Virus record (IMG/VR): IMGVR_UViG_3300020045_012307
Span: 1-37,321 of that record
DNA from: a virus
Taxonomy: Duplodnaviria > Caudoviricetes
DNA: 37,321 nt
Reading direction: 5' to 3' (one strand)
Of the stretch, positions 15,809-23,649 are shown one piece after another (the first letter of the stretch is position 1; each line of letters opens with the position of its first letter). The translations under genes were made by a program, and so were the position numbers. The notes under the pieces are model-generated. The model worked only from the letters and a program-made list of their open reading frames with translations. It searched no databases and was not told the DNA's origin.

Positions 15809-17154
15809 CAATATCAAAAACAAACGATCAATTTTTACTGGATGCGTATAGCGGTAAGGGCGGCTTTGCGACGGGGTCTTATTTAGTTTCGCACCCTAGA
15901 GAGTCAGAAGCTAAGCTGAGGAAACGTAAAGAGCTAGCGGTGTATCCTAATTTTTGCCGAAAAATCACCGATGTGTTTGTGGGTTATTTGTGGAAGCAAA
16001 GCCCTCAGCGCACGGATTTAAGTGATTTATATACGCGGTTTGTTGGTAATGCAGACAGTATGGGGACACAGTTAGACGCGCTGTTGTTGACTTATCAACG
16101 ACTGGCAATGATTTTGGGGACGGTGTATGTCATTGTTGATAAATCATCTAAGAAAGCGACCTCGAAAGCCGATGAACCACTGCCGTATTTATCGGTACGT
16201 TTGCCACTTCAAATGGTGCATGAACTAAAAGACGCGAATGGAGAATGGGTTGAAGTGACGTTTTCAGAGTATGTGGTCACAGGCTCGGCGCAGGTTACCC
16301 GTTATCGTAAGTTTACGCGCACTGGGTGGGTAGTAAGTGCGGTTTTACATGGGGCGGCAGATAGTTCAACGGAGGCTGAACCTACGTCTGGAAGTTATAA
16401 TTTTGGTCGAGTCCCTGTGGTTAAGTTTCATGCTGCACCGCCTTTAGACCCCTACTCTAGCCGTGCCGATTCATTCTTTTATGATTTAGCACAGTTAAAC
16501 TGGGATTTGTATAACTTGCGTTCTGAGTTGCGTGAGCTGTTTAGAGCGCAAGCCTTCGCTATTTTGACCTTGCCTGTTACCAGTGATGCGGAACGGGAAC
16601 GGTTGAAAGATTTGACCATTAGCACTGAAAACGCGCTGACCTTTAACCCTGTTGGTGGTGGTGAACCTAAGTTCATTGCTCCACCTGCGGATCCTGTGCA
16701 GTTATACATGGCGCAAATCGCTCAAACGGTATTGGATATTTATCGGATTGCTAATTTAGAGTTTGTCGGTGGTGTACAGCAGTCGGGTGTGGCGTTGTCG
16801 TTTCATTTTCAAGAGGCTAACTCATCTTTACGGACAATGGCTGAGCAGTGTGAAACGGCTGAAAAGAAAATTATGGACTTAGTGCATTTATGGCAAGGTG
16901 AAACGCCACAAGGGTATATTGCTTATAACAACGACTTTAATTTAACGGATTTGGCGCAAACCTTAGCAACGGCAATGGATTCAATTACCTTGGGGCTGGG
17001 TGCTGAGTTTAATAAAGCCTTGAAGAAGCGGGTCGCTAAGCAGGTGCTAGGTAATGATATTGCACCTGAAGTCATTAGTGCGATTGAAGACGAGATTGAT
17101 GCAGAGGGCGATGTGTATGGTAATCGGATTGCGGCGGCTGTCGGCGCGAATTAA
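15805..17154 (+). CDS. Portal protein (not Mu gp29 type; SPP1/DUF4055-like)
   Basis: Follows the terminase; HPRE.......R...A.Y.N, FG.VP.V, QSGVA....F...N..L; 449 aa. Confidence 0.8.
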   Translation: MTISKTNDQFLLDAYSGKGGFATGSYLVSHPRESEAKLRKRKELAVYPNFCRKITDVFVGYLWKQSPQRTDLSDLYTRFVGNADSMGTQLDALLLTYQRLAMILGTVYVIVDKSSKKATSKADEPLPYLSVRLPLQMVHELKDANGEWVEVTFSEYVVTGSAQVTRYRKFTRTGWVVSAVLHGAADSSTEAEPTSGSYNFGRVPVVKFHAAPPLDPYSSRADSFFYDLAQLNWDLYNLRSELRELFRAQAFAILTLPVTSDAERERLKDLTISTENALTFNPVGGGEPKFIAPPADPVQLYMAQIAQTVLDIYRIANLEFVGGVQQSGVALSFHFQEANSSLRTMAEQCETAEKKIMDLVHLWQGETPQGYIAYNNDFNLTDLAQTLATAMDSITLGLGAEFNKALKKRVAKQVLGNDIAPEVISAIEDEIDAEGDVYGNRIAAAVGAN

Positions 17155-17168
17155 GTTGCGCCCACATT

Positions 17169-18344
17169 ATGGATTATCCTGAACTCTACCGCGAACTCGC
17201 ACAAGAAATCCTTAAGGTCGATGGCAAAATCGGTACGGATACCGATGCCTTCGTACAACGCTTTATTGCTGCCCTGCCCGCTGATAAATCTGAGCTAGGC
17301 AAAGAAGCACAGGCGGAATTGAGTGCGTATTTAGCGACGATGCAAAATACTTTACGCGCTGGCATTGTGACTGCGTCATGGATAGGCTTAGGCAAAGCAG
17401 GCGGATTGCAATCTAAGGCGGTATTAGCCTTAGCCGAACAGGCGTTTACTGAACGCTGGGCGGATGATCTCACTTTATCTAAACGCTTATGGAATTGGCA
17501 AAGTCTGACTGAGGAAGGTGTCGGGCAAATGTTGCAGCAGGGGGTTAAAACCGGTAAAGCTAGTGGTGCGTTAATTTATGATATGCAGCGCATGATTGAA
17601 TTCGACCGTGTTAAGCAGTTTGCAATGGTCAGTAATAATCGCAATCAGTGGACAACCGAATTAACCAATGCGGCTAAAACCCTGATTCATAATCCAGCGG
17701 CAAACCAGCAATGGCTATACACGCTAAAGAATGTCGAACGCTATATAGATAAGCTGGCAGTGACAGGAACGCGTCATGCGGGCTTGCAATTAGTGAATCA
17801 AATTAAGTTGGCAGTGGCGAAAGGCAATGCTGATCTAGTCGATAAGTCGCTGGATTGGTGGCTATATGATAAACAGCTCTATAACCTCAAGCGCATAGCC
17901 AGAACAGAAATGGCAACGGCTGTACATCGTGCGGTGATTGCTTCTACTGAACAGGATGAGTCGATTATTGGTTATCAATGGCGATTATCGAGTGGTCATA
18001 AGATAGCGGATATTTGTGATTATTATGCCAACATTGACCAAGGGCTAGGCAAAGGTGTTTGGCGAAAGGATAGCGTACCAAGGCATAAGGCACACCCACA
18101 CTGTATGTGCTTATTGGTTCCTAGAGTTACTCGAATTAAAGAACAGGGTAGTGAGAACTATGCGGGTTTTCTGGATAAGCTTAATGATAAGCAACGGGAA
18201 CAGATTTTGCCAAAGTGGGCTAGTGAAGTTATAGGTAATGGTACGCCATTAAAATCCTTGCTTAATAAAGATGGCTTAGGCTTGATAAGTAAAGCTGATT
18301 ACCAGCAATTATTAGTAGATGGTGGTCAAAAGCGTATTTTTTAA
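17169..18344 (+). CDS. Minor head/head morphogenesis protein (Mu F / SPP1 gp7-like)
   Basis: RIARTE, W.LS..H...DICD, HPHCMC. Confidence 0.8.
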   Translation: MDYPELYRELAQEILKVDGKIGTDTDAFVQRFIAALPADKSELGKEAQAELSAYLATMQNTLRAGIVTASWIGLGKAGGLQSKAVLALAEQAFTERWADDLTLSKRLWNWQSLTEEGVGQMLQQGVKTGKASGALIYDMQRMIEFDRVKQFAMVSNNRNQWTTELTNAAKTLIHNPAANQQWLYTLKNVERYIDKLAVTGTRHAGLQLVNQIKLAVAKGNADLVDKSLDWWLYDKQLYNLKRIARTEMATAVHRAVIASTEQDESIIGYQWRLSSGHKIADICDYYANIDQGLGKGVWRKDSVPRHKAHPHCMCLLVPRVTRIKEQGSENYAGFLDKLNDKQREQILPKWASEVIGNGTPLKSLLNKDGLGLISKADYQQLLVDGGQKRIF

Positions 18345-18497
18345 CTACAGGCTCATTTAGCCGTGCTATGCTGTTACCTGCTATCTGTTTATTGCTTTTC
18401 TATTTTACCCCCGTTAAACCTGCGTTAAACTTCCTAGAATCGTTATTCTTATCCGTTATTTTATAGTACGAAAGGATTTTTATAGTCTTTGTGTTTG

Positions 18498-18543
18498 TGC
18501 TGAACTGTTTCAACAATATTTTTATCGTCCGTTTGCTTATTCT
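18498..18543 (+). promoter_or_regulatory. Putative activator-dependent late promoter 2
   Basis: TGCTGAACtgtTTCAACAATA, with TATTCT 25 bp after TTCA. Confidence 0.7.
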
Positions 18544-18583
18544 GTAGCCTGATTTAATTCTCAGACAACTACAGGAAAGCATC

Positions 18584-19114
18584 ATGCCCGATCCTATTAC
18601 TCCTCCTGCTACAGAACCACCAGCGGCAGTTCCTGTCGTTGATGTTCAGGCAGAAATTCAAAAAGCACATGCGCAGTGGCAGCAAGAACTTGAAGCCGCT
18701 ACCGGTCATAAGTCAATTGACGCGCTAAAAGAACAGCAACTCAAAGACAAAGGCGACTTACAGACGCTTTTAGATAATAAGTCGCTAGAAGCCGATACTT
18801 ACAAAACCCAATTTCAACAAACCCAAATCGATAACTCGCTATTAAGTGCGTCTACTGATGCGCTGGATGCCGATGTGGTTCGTGGTCTGTTGGCGAGTAA
18901 AGCGGTTGTTGATTCGGCTGGCGTTGTCACTATCGATGGTAAGTCTGTTAAAGATGCCGTTGCTGATTTATTAAAAGCGAAGCCGTTTTTGGCGAAAGCA
19001 TCGGGTAATTCGGGTTCTAGTAGCCAACAAAGTCCGATTACCCATCCCCCTTCTACTGCCACTCTATCCCCTACCCAGCGGATGAATTTGGCACGCTCAC
19101 AAGGAGCTAAATAA
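18584..19114 (+). CDS. Capsid scaffolding protein
   Basis: Pro-rich N-terminus, coiled coil, 'L.K.KP.L......SGS' tail; directly upstream of the capsid gene. Confidence 0.75.
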   Translation: MPDPITPPATEPPAAVPVVDVQAEIQKAHAQWQQELEAATGHKSIDALKEQQLKDKGDLQTLLDNKSLEADTYKTQFQQTQIDNSLLSASTDALDADVVRGLLASKAVVDSAGVVTIDGKSVKDAVADLLKAKPFLAKASGNSGSSSQQSPITHPPSTATLSPTQRMNLARSQGAK

Positions 19115-19116
19115 TC

Positions 19117-20043
19117 ATGGCATTAACACTGATTGAAGCCGCTAAGCTTGAAACTGGCGATGTGATTCGTAGCGCAGTTATTGAAATGTATGCGGGGTCT
19201 AGTGACGTTTTGATGGTTATCCCCTTTGCGGATATTCAAGGCAACGCACTCAAGTACAACCGTGAATCACAATTACCTGGTGTGGGTTTTCGTGGTGTCA
19301 ATGAATCTTATACCTCCTCTACTGGGGTATTAAATCCATTGACTGAAGCGTTAGTGATTGCGGGTGGTGAATTGGATGTCGATACCTTTATCGTGCAAAC
19401 GATGGGCATGGATCAACGCTCAGTTCAAGAAGCCATGAAAGTACGCAGTTTAGCGTTGGCATGGACGAAGACTTTTATCAAAGGTGATTCGGTTGCTGAT
19501 CCACGTCAGTTCGACGGACTACAAAAACGCATTACTGGTAATCAGTTGATTGCAGCGGGTAGTACGGCAAATGGCACGGCGTTGTCATTGGCTAAGCTCG
19601 ATGAAGCCATTGATCAAACACTGAACCCAACGCATTTGTTAATGAGTAAGGCGATGCGCAGACGTTTAACGCAAGCGGCTCGTGATACGGCTATCGGTGG
19701 GTTTATCTCTTATGAGAAAGATGCCTTCGGTAAAACAGTCACCAAGTACAACGATTTACCTATTTTGACTGTCGATTTGGATAACGAAGGCGCGGCGATT
19801 TTGCCATTTACAGAAGCGGCAACATCGGGTACTGCCACTGCTACTTCGATTTATGTATTAAGTCTTGGTGATGGTGCGGTATCAGGTCTGCAAAACGGCG
19901 GTATGCGCGTGGCTGATTTAGGTGTGTTGCAATCTGCGCCACTTTATCGCACGCGGGTTGAATGGTTCTGTGCTATTAGCATCATGAACGGTCGTGCTGC
20001 TACTCGTCTGTATTCGATTGCAGATGCTGCAATCACTAAATAA
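19117..20043 (+). CDS. Major capsid protein (epsilon15 gp7-like HK97 fold)
   Basis: MALTL.EAAK, PF..I.GNA..YNRE..LP...FR.VN, GG..DVD, FI.GD......FDGL..R, R.RVEW. Confidence 0.88.
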   Translation: MALTLIEAAKLETGDVIRSAVIEMYAGSSDVLMVIPFADIQGNALKYNRESQLPGVGFRGVNESYTSSTGVLNPLTEALVIAGGELDVDTFIVQTMGMDQRSVQEAMKVRSLALAWTKTFIKGDSVADPRQFDGLQKRITGNQLIAAGSTANGTALSLAKLDEAIDQTLNPTHLLMSKAMRRRLTQAARDTAIGGFISYEKDAFGKTVTKYNDLPILTVDLDNEGAAILPFTEAATSGTATATSIYVLSLGDGAVSGLQNGGMRVADLGVLQSAPLYRTRVEWFCAISIMNGRAATRLYSIADAAITK

Positions 20044-20052
20044 GGGGGAACG

Positions 20053-20475
20053 ATGAGCGAATATACTCAACATACGTTTGATGCCGCGCTGGTATTAAAA
20101 GCAGCGGGTTTAGTGGCAGCGACGGCTAACGGCAGTTTGATTGTAGACATTGGTTCAGGTTTTGTTGATGCCGATGTGGTGATTGATTTGACTGCCTGTG
20201 AAATTGCGTCAGGTGATGAAATCTATACGGTTTCTATTGAAGGCTCGAATGATGCCACGATGGCAACGGGGTCAGTCTGCTTAGGTCGTAAAGTCTTTGG
20301 TAACTTGGTTGTGCCAATGGATGCGGCGTTAAGTGCAGCGGGGCGTTATGTACTGTGTTTTAGAAATGAAGAGAATGGCACGTTGTATCGTTATGTGCGT
20401 GTCCATACGACTGTGGCAGGAACGATTGCCACGGGTATTAATTATTCTGCCTTTATCGGCGCGGAGAGTTGCTAA
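20053..20475 (+). CDS. Putative capsid cement/decoration protein
   Basis: 140-aa beta-rich protein immediately after the capsid gene; YRYVR. Confidence 0.55.
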   Translation: MSEYTQHTFDAALVLKAAGLVAATANGSLIVDIGSGFVDADVVIDLTACEIASGDEIYTVSIEGSNDATMATGSVCLGRKVFGNLVVPMDAALSAAGRYVLCFRNEENGTLYRYVRVHTTVAGTIATGINYSAFIGAESC

Positions 20476-20678
20476 TGGCTACGGTTACTGTTTATCGACC
20501 TGATGGGGTTATGGAACAAAAAGAAGCGGTTGATGCACGTGAGTGTGTTGAGCGGTGTGGTTATAGCTATGAGCCGATTGTGGTTGATGAGCCGATTGTG
20601 GTTGATGAGCCGATTGTGGTTGATGAGCCGATTGTGGTTGATGAACCGAAAGCCAAGAAAGGAGCCGGCGCGAGTTAA
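20475..20678 (+). CDS. Small protein with (EPIVVD)x4 repeat
   Basis: TAATG-coupled; VDARE motif. Confidence 0.6.
   Translation: MATVTVYRPDGVMEQKEAVDARECVERCGYSYEPIVVDEPIVVDEPIVVDEPIVVDEPKAKKGAGAS
20571..20642 (+). repeat. Perfect tandem repeat, 18 bp x 4
   Basis: GAGCCGATTGTGGTTGAT four times. Confidence 0.95.
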
Positions 20679-20692
20679 TTCGCGCCCACCTT

Positions 20693-21148
20693 ATGCTTAC
20701 AATCAATCTTGACTTAGGCAATGTGCCGTCGGTATTAGCGCGGTTAGCTGATGCGGGTGTTGCTCAGCGGGTAGCGAATGCAGCCGCTGAATCTTATGTT
20801 GACGATACATTGGAGTGGATTGGTGCAGGGCGTGGTTTTACGACGCGGACAGGGCAACTAGAGCAATCGATTAATTGGTCGCCTCTGAGTGAGGGTGCTG
20901 TACAAGTCTATGCTAATGCAGAGTATGCAGGTTATGTGGAAACAGGTACGCGCCCTCATGTGATTGCCCCTAAGGCGGGACGGAAGGCGTTGAAGTTTGC
21001 GGGTGGCGGTGGCTTTATTTTTCGCCGTGCGGTTAATCACCCTGGTTCAAAGCCGTATCCGTTTTTTTATGTAGATAGAGAAAATCGCCAAGACAATATG
21101 TTAGCGGCGGCTAACTCTGTATTAGCGACGGTGATGCTGAATGACTAA
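20693..21148 (+). CDS. HK97 gp10-like tail-completion/neck protein
   Basis: RTGQL..SI, YA.YVE.GT.PH.I.P, V.HPG....PF. Confidence 0.75.
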   Translation: MLTINLDLGNVPSVLARLADAGVAQRVANAAAESYVDDTLEWIGAGRGFTTRTGQLEQSINWSPLSEGAVQVYANAEYAGYVETGTRPHVIAPKAGRKALKFAGGGGFIFRRAVNHPGSKPYPFFYVDRENRQDNMLAAANSVLATVMLND

Positions 21149-21500
21149 TTATTGTGTGATTGCTGATTGTGTTGATCCCGCGTTAACGATTAGTCAGAAG
21201 AATGTCGATGAGGCAAACGTGTTGGTTGACGTGTTACTGACAACGGCAAGTATCGCGCCGTCTACGGTGACACTCCCACAACCGCTGTTGACGACGATTG
21301 CCATTAATGCCGCTAAGCGTAATGCGTGTATTGAAGGGGGGATAGGCGATAACACTACGCTGATTGAAAAAGCGAAACAGTTTAAAACTACGATTGATAT
21401 GTTAGCCGTGGGTATTAACAAAACCGCGTTAGGCATTGTTGAGGATGTGACGGTAACGGGTGGTGGGCATTATTCTTCTGTAACACTGGGGCGTGGTTAA
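21141..21500 (+). CDS. Putative head-tail adaptor
   Basis: Size and position; ends in LGRG. Confidence 0.5.
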   Translation: MTNYCVIADCVDPALTISQKNVDEANVLVDVLLTTASIAPSTVTLPQPLLTTIAINAAKRNACIEGGIGDNTTLIEKAKQFKTTIDMLAVGINKTALGIVEDVTVTGGGHYSSVTLGRG

Positions 21501-21979
21501 TGAGTATTAAAGTGCTGACTGGCTTAATAGATCACTTAAAAAATGATGTCGTTTTGAATGCGTTTTTTACTGCTAATTATGCCCAAACACCTAAGCATTT
21601 ACTGGGTTATAAGAAATCGCCGAATGCCAATGATTTACCGATGCTGTGCTATGTGCCTGTTAAAAGTCAGATTAAAAATCGCACACCCAGTACACGGGTG
21701 ATTGCGATTGTGGTTTTTATTAAGGATGACCGCTTTTTGGATAGTGCGGGTGGATTGTTAGATGCCGTACAAGTGCCAACTAGCGAGACTGTCTTATTTT
21801 CAGGCGCAGTTTTTTCTGAGCAAGCACAAGATTTAATCGTTAAATCGCTGATGGGTTTAACGCTGCCTGATGGCTCAATTATCGGAATTGATTTTACGAT
21901 TAATACCGATATGACACTGGGTTTTCCGTTCTTTCAAACCGAGATTGCGTTTGAAGTGAAGAATATTTTTAATTTTTAA
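21500..21979 (+). CDS. Putative tail terminator/neck protein
   Basis: Coupled ORF upstream of the tail tube gene. Confidence 0.45.
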   Translation: MSIKVLTGLIDHLKNDVVLNAFFTANYAQTPKHLLGYKKSPNANDLPMLCYVPVKSQIKNRTPSTRVIAIVVFIKDDRFLDSAGGLLDAVQVPTSETVLFSGAVFSEQAQDLIVKSLMGLTLPDGSIIGIDFTINTDMTLGFPFFQTEIAFEVKNIFNF

Positions 21980-21990
21980 GGAGTTTGGCA

Positions 21991-22197
21991 ATGAAATTAC
22001 AAGCACTCGATGGCGTAACAGGCGAACTGCATTTAAACGGTCGCTCGTTTGCGATTGATAAAAAAGGACAGGTAGAAGTGCCTGATGGCTTAGTCGGTCA
22101 AAGTGTTTGGCAGCAAGGTTATACCGTTGTCGCGCCTATTGCCCAACTACAACAAAAACCAGAGCCGGAGCAAAACGCTGGCAAGGATAAAAGCTAA
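21991..22197 (+). CDS. Small hypothetical virion-module protein
   Basis: AAGGAG RBS; coupled to the next gene. Confidence 0.55.
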   Translation: MKLQALDGVTGELHLNGRSFAIDKKGQVEVPDGLVGQSVWQQGYTVVAPIAQLQQKPEPEQNAGKDKS

Positions 22198-22967
22198 TGA
22201 GCAACAAAGAGTTTATTTTATTCGGCACGGGCGATGCTATTTTTATTCCTAAACGGGATGCGAATGGTGTCGCTATTGCTGTGCCTACGCCGGTTAATTT
22301 AGCCTCGTGTACCGATATTGGTATCGAGAAGAAAGGCACGGCAAAAATGCACGAAGGCAAGTATCAGTATTCGATTGCCTCGGCGATTGCCAAGCGTTCC
22401 ATTGAAATTTCGCTGACTTGTAACGTGCATTCGGCAAAATCAATGGGGCTATCGACCAATGAAGATGTGTTGGAAAGTTATGATGCGCTGTATTCACCGA
22501 AAACAGCAACGGCTATTCCTGCTACGCCCTTCACTATTACGCCCACGCCGCCCGCGAGTGGCACGTTTAAAAACGATATGGGGGTATTTTGGGAAGAAGG
22601 CGGTCAATTGGTTCGCGTTGCCTCAAGCCCAGCGACGGGGCAGTATTCAATGGCGGCAGGGGTTTATACCTTTGCTGCGGCTGATACGCTTAAAAAAGTG
22701 TTTATTAAATACACTTATGGCGTGGCAACGGGTGGTAGTTCAACCGCTGAATATAATCGCTTGCAAGGTGAAGCTCCTGAATACAGCCTGATTTTAACCA
22801 GCGGAATCTATCGTGGTGTGTCGGTGATGTTCGATGCCCCGATTGTGTTAGTTAAAGATATTTCTAATCCATTTAAAAATGGCGATTACATGGCGCAAAA
22901 AATCACGATGGATGTGTTGGCAAATCCAACCACAGGTCATGTATTTACCTCGAATATTCCGTTGTAA
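22197..22967 (+). CDS. Major tail tube protein (non-contractile tail)
   Basis: FG.G, PTPV, G.YQY, P..GQYS...GVYTFAAAD; no sheath gene in the module. Confidence 0.75.
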   Translation: MSNKEFILFGTGDAIFIPKRDANGVAIAVPTPVNLASCTDIGIEKKGTAKMHEGKYQYSIASAIAKRSIEISLTCNVHSAKSMGLSTNEDVLESYDALYSPKTATAIPATPFTITPTPPASGTFKNDMGVFWEEGGQLVRVASSPATGQYSMAAGVYTFAAADTLKKVFIKYTYGVATGGSSTAEYNRLQGEAPEYSLILTSGIYRGVSVMFDAPIVLVKDISNPFKNGDYMAQKITMDVLANPTTGHVFTSNIPL

Positions 22968-22980
22968 GATTTATAGTCGC

Positions 22981-23058
22981 GTAGGTCGGGTTAGGCTTGC
23001 CATAACCCGACATTAACCCATGAATGCGTCGGGTTACGCTATCGCTAACCCGACCTAC
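22981..23058. repeat. Complete GTAG-family REP doublet (REPIN-like)
   Basis: GTAGGTCGGGTTA...TAACCCGAC-spacer-GTCGGGTTA...TAACCCGACCTAC. Confidence 0.9.
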
Positions 23059-23082
23059 CTAACTCATTCTACGAGACATTTT

Positions 23083-23649
23083 ATGCACAAAGTTATCTTG
23101 GGCGGCAAAACGTGGGTGATTCAAGAGCCTGTGTTTAAAGATCTAAAAAATATCCTTGCTGCATTAAATCGCCTTAATCATCCGACTGACTCTGATTTTA
23201 ATCTAGTCGCTGATATTCAATTAATACTCACCAGCTTAATAGGTGCAGACAATGTAAAGAAATTTAAACGCTTTCGTTGGGAGGCGTGGAAAATCCCAAC
23301 ACCAAGCCCTGAGGAAATTACTGCCCTGTTGGCGGCTATTCCTGATATTTGTGGCTTACAGACTAGGAGTGCAAACCTTGGTTCGTCAGACGCAAACCAA
23401 GGTTTGGACTCCTGTTCTGACTGGGACGCGCTCTATTGGCGGGTTATCCGTCAAACAGGGTGGACGTGGGAAGCCGTTGATACCACCATGACGATCAGTC
23501 GTCTATCCGCCTTATCCGAATCCCTCAATCATAGCCCTACTGTTGAATCGCTCGTTGCTGCTTACCTTGGCTATGAGTACAGCAAACCCGAAGCCCTCGA
23601 AGATAAAATTGACGCATGGCTGTTAAGCCAAGGACACGCTAATGGCTAA
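23083..23649 (+). CDS. Tail assembly chaperone (G and T parts in one ORF)
   Basis: Between the tube and tape measure genes; C-terminal DWD.LY......TGWTW..V......RL..L......P......AYLG. Confidence 0.65.
   Translation: MHKVILGGKTWVIQEPVFKDLKNILAALNRLNHPTDSDFNLVADIQLILTSLIGADNVKKFKRFRWEAWKIPTPSPEEITALLAAIPDICGLQTRSANLGSSDANQGLDSCSDWDALYWRVIRQTGWTWEAVDTTMTISRLSALSESLNHSPTVESLVAAYLGYEYSKPEALEDKIDAWLLSQGHANG
23366..23412. repeat. REP-like palindrome, GGAG...CTCC family (copy 2), inside CDS
   Basis: Shares CAAACCAAGGTTTGGACTCC (20 bp) with 5696-5741. Confidence 0.75.

Noticed and set aside
23020-23082. Upstream start for the chaperone ORF (MNASGYAIANPTY)
   Set aside because: This is a translation of the REP doublet; ATG 23083 is the more plausible start.
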